Assembly: GCF_019243775.1 (NCBI RefSeq)
Contig: NZ_CP069157.1
Coordinates: 2,467,418-2,491,417, forward strand
DNA: 24,000 bases
From: Morganella morganii
GTDB lineage: Bacteria; Pseudomonadota; Gammaproteobacteria; Enterobacterales; Enterobacteriaceae
Reading direction: 5' to 3'
The notes below the pieces were generated by a model. It made no database searches and was not told where the DNA came from. It worked only from the letters and a program-made list of their open reading frames with translations. Positions 1 through 7,731 of this stretch are shown here, piece by piece (positions within the stretch are counted from its first letter, which is position 1; each line of letters opens with the position of its first letter). The translations under genes were made by a program, and so were the position numbers.

Positions 1-1
1 A

Positions 2-730
2 TGCAATATTATCGCAGGTCACCGATAAGGTACTTTCCTTCGGATTAATATTCTGTGCTCTGGCACCTGCCGTTTTAAATGCGCCGGTTGATATATTCCC
101 GAAATCCAAAATTACTGTTTGTCCGGCATTAATGGAGCATGTCTGCGGAACCGTAATATTCAGGGATAAATACACATTTTGTACCACCTGTGGAGAAGTA
201 CAATTATCCGGTTCACAAAAACCAAACTGCCCAATCAGGATATTTTTTGAATAGGTACCGCTGACAATTTTTCTGTCTATACGAAGCCGGCTCTGCCAGT
301 CACGGGGGGTTATTGATAAATCATCCCCGGTCTGATGAACACGGGCCACGCAACCGGGACCATAAACTCTCTCATTAAACGGAACATAAATCGTTCCGGT
401 ATTACCGATACAGGGACTATCACGGGATAATGCCACTGAAATATAGTCATCCACCTTTTTAAACTGCCAGTTGGTTGCATGAGAGGGCGGTGCCGGAATC
501 GGATCACCATTAAATTTCGCCCATTGCATAAGATAACCATTGTGCGTTGCTTTCATTCCTAATCCCGGTGTGGTAATCGCATTACTGTTTATCTGAGCAC
601 CGGTATCATTGTCATTTGATGCCAGATTTTGCTCTATCTTAAGATAGACATCATTACATCCGGAAGTACAGGTTACCGCATAGCTGTTTGCACAAACCAG
701 AAGTAAACCTGATAATATAATATTACGCAT
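2..730 (-). CDS. Fimbrial tip adhesin / two-domain minor subunit; N-terminal 243 codons present, 3' end runs off the left edge of the window
   Basis: My own reverse-complement translation from the ATG at 730-728 stays open to the window edge; it is absent from the ORF track because no stop is reached. Product: MRNIILSGLLLVCANSYA/VTCTSGCNDVYLKIEQ...GPGCVARVHQTGDDLSITPRDWQ...FGFCEPDNCTSPQ...VPQTCSINAGQTVILDFGNISTGAFK...STLSVTCDNIA. It has a signal peptide, a ~170-aa Cys-containing N-terminal domain and then a pilin-like domain. The gene starts 28 nt after the usher stop, the usual position of FimH/MrpH-type adhesins. Confidence 0.7.
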   Translation of the reverse strand, partial: MRNIILSGLLLVCANSYAVTCTSGCNDVYLKIEQNLASNDNDTGAQINSNAITTPGLGMKATHNGYLMQWAKFNGDPIPAPPSHATNWQFKKVDDYISVALSRDSPCIGNTGTIYVPFNERVYGPGCVARVHQTGDDLSITPRDWQSRLRIDRKIVSGTYSKNILIGQFGFCEPDNCTSPQVVQNVYLSLNITVPQTCSINAGQTVILDFGNISTGAFKTAGARAQNINPKESTLSVTCDNIA

Positions 731-758
731 AATTAAAACTCACTTTACCTGATTCGTG

Positions 759-3392
759 TTATAAACAGCGGGCACTGATATTACTGATCGGGGTATTATT
801 TCCGGCCGTTAAATGATATTCAGCCGTGCATTGTGAATCTGCACTATTTCCCCAGGCAATATTCAGTTTTCCTTTTTCCGGCAGACCTGTCATAAATGCG
901 ACACCATCGTCACCGACAATATTTGCTTTACCGGTATGCTCATCGGTAACTATTGCCCCGAACGGCACCACTTTTCCGTTTTTCTGTAACAGTGTCACCA
1001 TGGCTTTCAGACCGATACGGGATTTAAAATTCGCCTTAACAATAGCGCCCTGTACCGGAACCACATAATCCACGGCATTATCCAGTTCGGCATTATCCGG
1101 TAATGTGGTGACATCCAGTGCAACCCGGTTATTCCGGTAAGCGGTAGCATTCGGAATAACGGCATAACCGCGCCAGTCGGTGAAAACACCGGTTGCATTT
1201 TCAACAGAGGTATCTTTAACACCCGGTGCTTCAACCAATATATTGGTCTGGCCGAGCGGCTGACTTAATGTAATACCATTCTGATGTGCCAGAACACCGC
1301 CGCGGACCGTATAAGTCACCTGCTGCCAGTTTCTGCCGTAGTTATAACCGGCACCAGCCTCGCCGTATCCGCCCTGATAATTAACCGATGCACTGCCGGA
1401 TGCCCCTTCACCTTTATTGGCATATCCCTGCTGAACATTATAATTAAGGTTATTATCCTCAAGTAACGTTCCTGATATCCCGAGCTGCTGAGAGACTTTA
1501 TTCTTATCATCCCTTGTCAGCGTATACGTGGAATAAATGTTATTCCGGGATCCGGTAATATCCGCAGCATCCCCGCCACCGAACCAGCGACTCAGCGGCA
1601 CCGAAATATTAAGGGCAATCCGCTTATCTTTATCTGCCAGTCCGACCGATTTATTTTGTGACCAGTTCACGCCATAGGTGATATCTTCCCAGTTGCCGTT
1701 AAAACCAAGCTGAAATGACTGATCACTTTCACTGGTTCCCCAGTAAGTCTGATGACTGCCGGTAATATATACAGAGCCGTAACCATCAAACTGCTGGCTG
1801 ATATTGATCTGATACTGTCCCTTTTTGGTATAATAAAGGTTATGATAATCAATAATTTCTGCGTCTTTAAACTCAGGGCCATCCTGGGTTTTGATATTAT
1901 AGCCGCTCATCTGTTTATAACTGGTTTCGCTTAATGTGTAATACCCTTTGGTGGAATAACGGTATCCCATCAACTGAAAGTTTGTTCCCAGTTCGTTCAG
2001 TGATTTGGCATATAAAAACCGGACAGATTGCCCCTGTTTATGCTCACCATTGGGTAAGCGACTGTTGGCCTGTGTAATATCCGCTGAGATCGCCCCCCAT
2101 ACACCGAGGTTTTTCCCGGCACCGGCAGAAAATGCCCAGTAGTTATCCGATAACTGTGTTCCGCCATATACCGTCACACCTTCTGAAAAACCGTGGCTGA
2201 TAGTTCCCTGCCAGAAATCCGGGCTATTTTGCATGGATGAACCGGAACGGTATTCCCCTGCGGTTACTTCATATTTTGTCCGGCCTTCACGCTGTAACAT
2301 CGGTACCGCAGAATACGGAACCGTAAACTGTGTGATCGTGCCGTTATTTTCTTTAACCGTGACATCCAAATTACCGCTGCTGGACGTTGCATACAGATCT
2401 TTAATTTCAAATGCGCCGGGGGAAACATAAGACTGATAAATAACATAGCCGTTCTGACGGATAGTGACCTGAGCATTGCTGTTGGCAACGCCTCTGACAG
2501 TCGGCGCAAAGCCGCGCATGCTGTCCGGCAGCATATTATCGTCAGAGGCCAGTTTTACCCCTCTGAATCCCACACTGTCGAAAATGTCATTTTCCGTAAA
2601 ACTGTCACCAATGGTCAGCTGACTTTTCAGCGGAATAATCGCTTTCTGCACATAGGTGCGGATATTATTCCACTGGCTGTTATCTGTACGCCGGTCAGAT
2701 GTGTAATTCCAGGTACTGGTATTTCTCAGCTGCCACGCACCGAGATTAATACCGCTGTCCAGGTTTAAAAAATAGTTATTATATCGTTCATCATTTTTGG
2801 TGTTTTTACTGTGGCTGCCGGTAAAACTATAGTTCAGCAACAGGGCTTTGATTCCCTCCTGCCATTCTGATGGCGGGATATACCCTCTGATATTATTGAT
2901 GAAAGCAGCCTGCGGAATATCCACACGCAGCTTTTGTTCTTCAAAATCAAAACGGGTCTGTGATTTATCGTAAGTTGAGCTAAAATCCACACAACTGTCA
3001 TTCAGTAATACCGCGTTACTGGTATCAATATTGTATTTTTTAAACCAATCCGTGGTTAAGCAGGGTATTAATCCGCTATCATCTTTGCCCTCTTTTATTT
3101 CTCCGTCTTTTTCATTACTGACAAATAAAATATCCTGTGTTGCCACATACTCCCCGTTGAGAAAAACTTCAACACGGTATTCACCCGCAGCCTGCCCCAG
3201 CCCCTTATCAAACCGGCTCAAATCGGCAACTTCATTACCATTATCTGACAAAAATGCAGGGTTAAAGAATTCATCTGCATAGCCGTTCTTAATAATGACC
3301 ATATTGCCGGTTATCATTGCACATGAAAGCATTAACATTATCTTGTTAAATTTAAAGCATGGCAATCCTTTCAGCAGAGTTAATTTCTGCAT
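759..3392 (-). CDS. Fimbrial outer-membrane usher (FimD/PapC family)
   Basis: 877-aa ORF with an N-terminal signal region followed by DEFFNPAFL. Its size, beta-barrel-like Y/G/N/S-rich composition and C-terminal Cys pair (SQCTAEY...ISARCL) are typical of ushers. It lies between the chaperone and adhesin genes. Confidence 0.92.
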   Translation of the reverse strand: MQKLTLLKGLPCFKFNKIMLMLSCAMITGNMVIIKNGYADEFFNPAFLSDNGNEVADLSRFDKGLGQAAGEYRVEVFLNGEYVATQDILFVSNEKDGEIKEGKDDSGLIPCLTTDWFKKYNIDTSNAVLLNDSCVDFSSTYDKSQTRFDFEEQKLRVDIPQAAFINNIRGYIPPSEWQEGIKALLLNYSFTGSHSKNTKNDERYNNYFLNLDSGINLGAWQLRNTSTWNYTSDRRTDNSQWNNIRTYVQKAIIPLKSQLTIGDSFTENDIFDSVGFRGVKLASDDNMLPDSMRGFAPTVRGVANSNAQVTIRQNGYVIYQSYVSPGAFEIKDLYATSSSGNLDVTVKENNGTITQFTVPYSAVPMLQREGRTKYEVTAGEYRSGSSMQNSPDFWQGTISHGFSEGVTVYGGTQLSDNYWAFSAGAGKNLGVWGAISADITQANSRLPNGEHKQGQSVRFLYAKSLNELGTNFQLMGYRYSTKGYYTLSETSYKQMSGYNIKTQDGPEFKDAEIIDYHNLYYTKKGQYQINISQQFDGYGSVYITGSHQTYWGTSESDQSFQLGFNGNWEDITYGVNWSQNKSVGLADKDKRIALNISVPLSRWFGGGDAADITGSRNNIYSTYTLTRDDKNKVSQQLGISGTLLEDNNLNYNVQQGYANKGEGASGSASVNYQGGYGEAGAGYNYGRNWQQVTYTVRGGVLAHQNGITLSQPLGQTNILVEAPGVKDTSVENATGVFTDWRGYAVIPNATAYRNNRVALDVTTLPDNAELDNAVDYVVPVQGAIVKANFKSRIGLKAMVTLLQKNGKVVPFGAIVTDEHTGKANIVGDDGVAFMTGLPEKGKLNIAWGNSADSQCTAEYHLTAGNNTPISNISARCL

Positions 3393-3426
3393 AAAATGCG
3401 CTCCGTATAAAATAAGATAACAGTAG

Positions 3427-4128
3427 TTAATATGAATTAACGTTAATTACTGGTGTATTGGCACCATAGTCATTGATTGTCTGATATGATATTCCGCCGG
3501 CAGCAGGTTGTGCTGTATTAATTATTTTTTCAGCGAATGGCGCGACCATAAAACTCTCAATTTTCTGATTGCCAATCATCATATTAACAACGGTCAGGTA
3601 ATACGGTGACGGGTTAGTCACATTTATTCCGCCGCTGATTCTGTTGAACTTCAGCATTTTATAAGCGTCACCCGCTTTTACCGGTAAGCCTGCCGGGCGG
3701 ACAAACATTTTGATCCTGGCCAGAACGGCAATTTGCAGGACGTTTTTATCCGCAACCTGTTCACGATCAACGGACGGTATCGCTTTACTGTTCAGCCAGA
3801 ATAAACTCTCTCTGTCTTTGGGTAAATCAGCACCTGTATTAATGATTTTTATCGTATTCTCACTCTTTGGTTTACTGACAAACAAAGGGGAGTCACAGTG
3901 AATACTTTCGTTTTTTTTATCTGAAGCATCATCTATCCAGGACTGAATCAGAAAGCGATTTTTTTCATCTGTATTCGTTACCGACAGAGACACCTGTTTT
4001 GCCTCCATCGGATAAATAATACGGGTTGCACCCAGTGCAATTCCGCCTGCTGATGCCACTGCCGGAAAAAGGAATACGATGATAAAAGAAAATAGTATTT
4101 TTCTCATATAAAATGCTGACCTGTACAT
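3427..4128 (-). CDS. Periplasmic fimbrial chaperone (PapD/FimC family)
   Basis: 233-aa ORF with a signal peptide (..FPAVASA), the GATRIIYP motif and length/pattern typical of PapD-like chaperones. The alternative start ATG at 4107 (MRKILFSF...) is about equally plausible. Confidence 0.88.
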   Translation of the reverse strand: MYRSAFYMRKILFSFIIVFLFPAVASAGGIALGATRIIYPMEAKQVSLSVTNTDEKNRFLIQSWIDDASDKKNESIHCDSPLFVSKPKSENTIKIINTGADLPKDRESLFWLNSKAIPSVDREQVADKNVLQIAVLARIKMFVRPAGLPVKAGDAYKMLKFNRISGGINVTNPSPYYLTVVNMMIGNQKIESFMVAPFAEKIINTAQPAAGGISYQTINDYGANTPVINVNSY

Positions 4129-4159
4129 TATTTAAATCCCCGCAGAGAGTATTTAATTA

Positions 4160-4702
4160 TTATTTATATGTTAAATGAAACCATACTGATGCATTGGCTT
4201 TTCCGCCGGTTACCTGCATATCCGTTGCTCTGTATCTGGCATTAAAATGTAATACATTTTCACCTTCGTGAAAGTTGATCCATTTTGAGGGTATATTGTC
4301 AGGAATAATAATATCACCATCACTATCCAGAATAGCTATTCCCACACCCTTTGCGGCTTCATCACTGTCTTCAAGTTTAATTATTTGCGGATCTTTTTCA
4401 TTAATATAACCAAAGACAGAAAGCCCCACTTTACTGCTTACCGCAGTACTGCAATTGGTTATCTCCAGCTTAAACGGAATATTACCTGAATAACTGCCGG
4501 TTCCCTTAAACTGATTTGTTCTGAATTCCCCCATATCAATAACATCATTTTCGCTGTTTGTTGAAAGGGTACACCCGGCTTCCACCAGCCCACCTCTTAA
4601 ATGCACCATACCCCCGTCAATAATGGTATGCGTTTTATTTCCGGCATAAGCACCGGCAGAAATACCGCACAATAAAAATACCGTGCTGATTAATTTATGC
4701 AT
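4160..4702 (-). CDS. Fimbrial subunit (second pilin, FimI/MrpB-like position)
   Basis: 180-aa ORF with a signal peptide (..SAGAYA/GN), a pilin Cys pair (EAGCTL...TNCS), a C-terminal strand ending ..WFHLTYK, and a GGAG RBS. Confidence 0.85.
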   Translation of the reverse strand: MHKLISTVFLLCGISAGAYAGNKTHTIIDGGMVHLRGGLVEAGCTLSTNSENDVIDMGEFRTNQFKGTGSYSGNIPFKLEITNCSTAVSSKVGLSVFGYINEKDPQIIKLEDSDEAAKGVGIAILDSDGDIIIPDNIPSKWINFHEGENVLHFNARYRATDMQVTGGKANASVWFHLTYK

Positions 4703-4722
4703 TTTTTACTCCAATCGGCAAA

Positions 4723-4748
4723 CAGTGACCCGGTCACCCGGGCCACTG
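4723..4748 (-). terminator. Intercistronic stem-loop after the major pilin gene (attenuator / mRNA-stabilising hairpin)
   Basis: On the minus-strand RNA, CAGUGGCCCGG-gugA-CCGGGUCACUG forms an 11-bp stem (one G.U pair) followed by UUUG. On the plus strand the same position is an A.C mismatch, so the structure favours the operon strand. It lies 37 nt after the major-subunit stop. Confidence 0.5.
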
Positions 4749-4784
4749 ATAACGCGCTAACGGGTTCAGCAATAAAAGGCGACT

Positions 4785-5342
4785 TTATTGATACTGCATT
4801 GTAAAAGTGGCATCCGCGTCCGCGCCGCCCGGTGTTACCGTGGCTTGAGTTGAAATATAATTTGCGGAAAAATTCAGAACGTTGACGCCATCCACTAAGT
4901 TTTGTGCGGTTGAAAAAACAGAACCATCCGGTTTCACCACTTTCCCCAGGTGATCAGCAATCTGAATACCGACACCTTTCGCCGCACCGGCTGAACCGCC
5001 GCCGATATTACTGGTCTGCAATGCAGTCGGGTCATCTGCGGAAGATAATCCGGAGAATGAAACAGATGCTTTGGTGGATACGCTGGTATCACAGTCTTCT
5101 AATTTAATAGAAAACGGCACATCACCGGATTTTTTCCCTTTGGCATCAAAGAATGCAGTGCGGTACTGCCCCATATTGACCGTCTGATCAGTAGAGTCAG
5201 CACTGACAGCACACGCAGCATTCACAATTCGTCCGGTAAAGTGAACAGTACCACCGGTAACGGTTGCTGCCATGCTTAACTGACTTGCGGATAATACAGC
5301 GAGAGCAACCACAGACATAACTAAACGTTGTTTATTCAACAT
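4785..5342 (-). CDS. Major fimbrial subunit (type-1/Mrp-class pilin)
   Basis: 185-aa ORF with a signal peptide (..QLSMA/ATV), a pilin Cys pair (NAACAV...LEDCD), a C-terminal ..ATFTMQYQ and a GAGGA RBS. It is the first structural gene of the cluster. Confidence 0.88.
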   Translation of the reverse strand: MLNKQRLVMSVVALAVLSASQLSMAATVTGGTVHFTGRIVNAACAVSADSTDQTVNMGQYRTAFFDAKGKKSGDVPFSIKLEDCDTSVSTKASVSFSGLSSADDPTALQTSNIGGGSAGAAKGVGIQIADHLGKVVKPDGSVFSTAQNLVDGVNVLNFSANYISTQATVTPGGADADATFTMQYQ

Positions 5343-5453
5343 ACGCTTTAATCCTCATTGTTAATTTTATTTGATGTTAAAATATTATTATTTGCGACAG
5401 ACAGGTGAGTTTTTCCTGTAAAAAACCCATTTACTCCATGTTTTTTAATATTA

Positions 5454-5771
5454 TCAGCTTCCCTCCTTTATTCTTAATTTCTGATATTGACTCATATTTA
5501 AATCAGAATAGAACAGTCCCAGTTCTTTAAAGATTCTGACAACCTCTTCAGATGTCATTCCTAATGAGGAAAAAAAACGGAAAAGGATAACGATATTGAA
5601 ATTAGTTAATCCGTTCTCATAGCGTGATATTTGCTGCTGACTGATATTCAGCATTCCTGATAATTCCTGACCACTTATGCCCAGTTCTTTTCTTCTCAGA
5701 CGTAACAAGGCTCCCAAATACTTATTGGCGTCATATTCGACAAAAAATCGCACAGTGTCTAGTGATTGCAT
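5454..5771 (-). CDS. MrpJ/PapX-family HTH transcriptional regulator associated with the fimbrial operon
   Basis: 105-aa ORF with an XRE-type helix-turn-helix. It contains SQQQISRYENG, close to the SQQQFSRYERG signature I remember for MrpJ paralogues of Proteus. It is on the same strand as, and 111 nt upstream of, the major pilin gene. Confidence 0.75.
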   Translation of the reverse strand: MQSLDTVRFFVEYDANKYLGALLRLRRKELGISGQELSGMLNISQQQISRYENGLTNFNIVILFRFFSSLGMTSEEVVRIFKELGLFYSDLNMSQYQKLRIKEGS

Positions 5772-6640
5772 AAATATACCTTATGCTTTTACAGAATATA
5801 AATTTTATAAATACTAATTGTAGTAAATGCTGTGATGCTCTTAATTTATTTACTTGCGACTAATAATACTGAGATTCAAACACGTTAATCCAATCGTTAT
5901 TTACGCCTTTAATGTTCACCAATGATAGGTTTTACCTATTGATTTGTATTAATCCAATTACTGATAATTATACAAAATCAATAAAAATAAAGTTATTACT
6001 TATATATCATATAGTTAAAAAATAAGAGCTGTCATCAAAGTGAAACATTTTGTTACATATGTTAATTCCGTAAAATTTACCTATGTCAGATTTTACATCT
6101 TAAAAACAAGCGATTAATAACGAATTACTTCAATTTAGTCCTCACATGATTGAAATTAGATAAATAAAACTACATCTGAATGAATACTCAACACAAAATA
6201 TTATTTACACTGGTTTATAAATTCCGTTTATTCATAATATGTGATTACACACTTAATTGTTGTTATTTTATTCAGACAGGTTTAAATATTGAGTAGATAT
6301 ATCTGTTTTCTGTAAATAAAAAAACCAGTTTAATTAAGAATAAGTTTTATTAAGAAATAATTTCTTCTGTTTTAATGTTCTTAATTGCGTTAAGTTAATT
6401 AAATAATACCTCTTATATTATTTCGAACCGCATAATAATTATGCTATATAAAAGATATCTGCCCGCATATCCTTCATCGCTTTCATTCCGACAGTACCGC
6501 AATTAATAAGCAAACCATTAAATAACCATAATATAACAATGGTTAATTATCATGTATTGTATACCTTCCCGGCAGCTCTTCTGCCGGCGGGTAAATCGTG
6601 CGGTTTCCTCTGAAGTTGCATCTAAAATACTTTTTATATT
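5772..6640. promoter_or_regulatory. Extremely AT-rich, ORF-free divergent control region (fimbrial operon to the left, yeaR to the right)
   Basis: No ORF of 60 aa or more on either strand across ~870 bp. Hand counts of three 60-nt lines (5941, 6121 and 6301) give 10, 16 and 10 G+C, about 17-27%. The composition is typical of H-NS-type silenced fimbrial promoters. I could not place the promoters. Confidence 0.5.
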
Positions 6641-6655
6641 TTGAAAAGTATTTTA
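6613..6655 (+). promoter_or_regulatory. Overlapping dyad symmetries upstream of yeaR: an NsrR-like 11-1-11 box and a perfect 12-9-12 inverted repeat
   Basis: 6613-6635 reads AAGTTGCATCT-A-AAATACTTTTT, against my remembered NsrR consensus AAGATGCATTT-N-AAATGCATCTT (9/11 and 8/11 matches). 6623-6634 TAAAATACTTTT and 6644-6655 AAAAGTATTTTA are exact reverse complements. Both lie 43-85 nt upstream of the yeaR ATG. Confidence 0.3.
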
Positions 6656-6697
6656 ATATTGAGTATTAATCATGTGTTTAACTTCAGGAGAACACAG

Positions 6698-7030
6698 ATG
6701 GAACGCATCATCATTCCGACTAGCTACATTCATGTCCGCAGCACCCCGCTCTGGACCAAAGAAACCGCACCGAAATCTATCTGGCAAAGACATCTGGATA
6801 AAGGCACCCGTCAGGGCGTTTATCCTAAACTGTCTGTTATGCAGGGCACGATTGTTTACTATTCCTATGCGGATGAAACCAGCCCCGAACCAACAGACAC
6901 CCTGGTAATCCAAGCCGGGCAGTTCGGTGTCTTTCCGCCGGAAACCTGGCACCGGATAGAAGCGGTTACTGACGATACTGTGTTCAATGTCGATTTTTAT
7001 GTCGCCCCAGAGATCCTGACCGAGGAGTAA
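6698..7030 (+). CDS. yeaR: YeaR (DUF1971, TehB-N-terminal-like) protein
   Basis: MERIIIPTSYIHVRSTPLWTKETAPKSIWQRHLDKGTRQGVYPKLSVMQG...QAGQFGVFPPETWHRIEAVTDDTVFNVDFYVAPE closely parallels E. coli YeaR as I remember it (..NYIHTRSTPFWNKQTAP..ERHLDKGTRPGVYPRLSVMHG..). The ATG at 6698 is preceded by AGGAG at 6686-6690. The 19 upstream codons in the ORF-track call look spurious. Confidence 0.88.
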   Translation: MERIIIPTSYIHVRSTPLWTKETAPKSIWQRHLDKGTRQGVYPKLSVMQGTIVYYSYADETSPEPTDTLVIQAGQFGVFPPETWHRIEAVTDDTVFNVDFYVAPEILTEE

Positions 7031-7037
7031 CACAATC

Positions 7038-7379
7038 ATGAACGACGAAAACAAAGGCTTTTTATTAGAGCTGATAAATGAAAGTAACGGCCTGAAAGCG
7101 GAGAAACTCTTTCTGAATCCGAAAAAGTTATATATCCCTGAGATTGCAGCGGAGGAAATCGCGTTGCTGGTCAGTGAATTAGACAGCAAAGAAAAGATTA
7201 ATGATGCGGCACTGATGGTCACCATGACCAATAAAAATAATGGTGTGTCAGTGGATAAAGACGTGGATTCTGCTGCTGAATTAGCCGATGCTGAAAACGC
7301 GGCGCAAATCGTCAAGGATCTGATTAATATTATCCGCGGCTACGATATGGATGAAGAAACCAATATCTGCGGATGGTAA
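7038..7379 (+). CDS. yoaG: YoaG-family (DUF1869) protein, apparently a tandem duplication of the domain
   Basis: The C-terminal half, MVTMTNKNNGVSVD...AAQIVKDLINIIRGYDMDEETNICGW, matches remembered E. coli YoaG (..TVTVTNNSNGVSVD..AAEVIKDLVNTVRSYDTENEHDVCGW; 60 aa). The ATG lies 7 nt after the yeaR stop, with GAGGAG upstream. The N-terminal ~55 aa repeat the N-x-x-NG ... E-x-AA-x-x-I pattern. Confidence 0.8.
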   Translation: MNDENKGFLLELINESNGLKAEKLFLNPKKLYIPEIAAEEIALLVSELDSKEKINDAALMVTMTNKNNGVSVDKDVDSAAELADAENAAQIVKDLINIIRGYDMDEETNICGW

Positions 7380-7397
7380 CTGCTCTGTCTGTACCGT

Positions 7398-7420
7398 GAG
7401 GGGAAAACCGGTTTCCCCTC
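7398..7420. terminator. Hairpin between the convergent yoaG and yjdJ genes
   Basis: GAGGGGAAA-accgg-TTTCCCCTC forms a 9-bp GC-rich stem. There is no clear U-tract on either strand, so it is a weak or bidirectional terminator candidate. Confidence 0.4.
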
Positions 7421-7432
7421 CGGCATTGTGCA

Positions 7433-7714
7433 TTATCCGGCGTGACGGATATCGTCATACTCACGGGTTTTATCAAACACGCTTTTGGCAAACGGACAAA
7501 GCGGAATAATTTTCCGCTGTTCACGACGCATTTTCTCAACCACTGCCGCAACCAGCTTATTACCGACTTTCTGCCCGCGCAGGCTGTCATCCACCATAGT
7601 ATGGTCAATAATCGCCAGATTATCCCCGGTATACACAAAGGTGATTTCCGCTATCCGGCTTTTGCCGTCCTCAGAAAGAATATAAAAACTGGTTTCATCT
7701 TCACGAATATCCAT
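7433..7714 (-). CDS. yjdJ: Small GNAT-fold N-acetyltransferase, YjdJ-like
   Basis: [90 protein letters not shown] parallels remembered E. coli YjdJ (..[35 protein letters not shown]). The ATG at 7714 has AGGAG 7 nt upstream. The track's extra first codon is a GTG. Confidence 0.85.
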   Translation of the reverse strand: MDIREDETSFYILSEDGKSRIAEITFVYTGDNLAIIDHTMVDDSLRGQKVGNKLVAAVVEKMRREQRKIIPLCPFAKSVFDKTREYDDIRHAG

Positions 7715-7731
7715 CACTTATCTCCTGCGGC

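Noticed and set aside
3911-3965. Homopolymers T8 (3911-3918) and T7 (3959-3965), which read as A8/A7 in the chaperone coding strand, considered as slipped-strand phase-variation tracts
   Set aside because: The tracts are short and encode ordinary Lys/Asn runs (DKKNE, DEKNR) in an AT-rich gene. There is no evidence of length heterogeneity from a single sequence.
6569-6587. CCGGCAG-ctctt-CTGCCGG hairpin, considered as an intrinsic terminator
   Set aside because: No U-tract follows on either strand, and no gene ends nearby. It is kept only as part of the yeaR-upstream observation.
5772-6640. Invertible promoter element (fimS/mrp-type) or Dam/Lrp (pap-type) phase switch in the AT-rich region
   Set aside because: The only inverted repeats I found are 6-7 bp long (for example ATAGGT/ACCTAT at 5925-5939 and TAACCAT/ATGGTTA at 6524-6546). 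No recombinase gene is adjacent, and there are no GATC sites. A computational inverted-repeat search could still overturn this.
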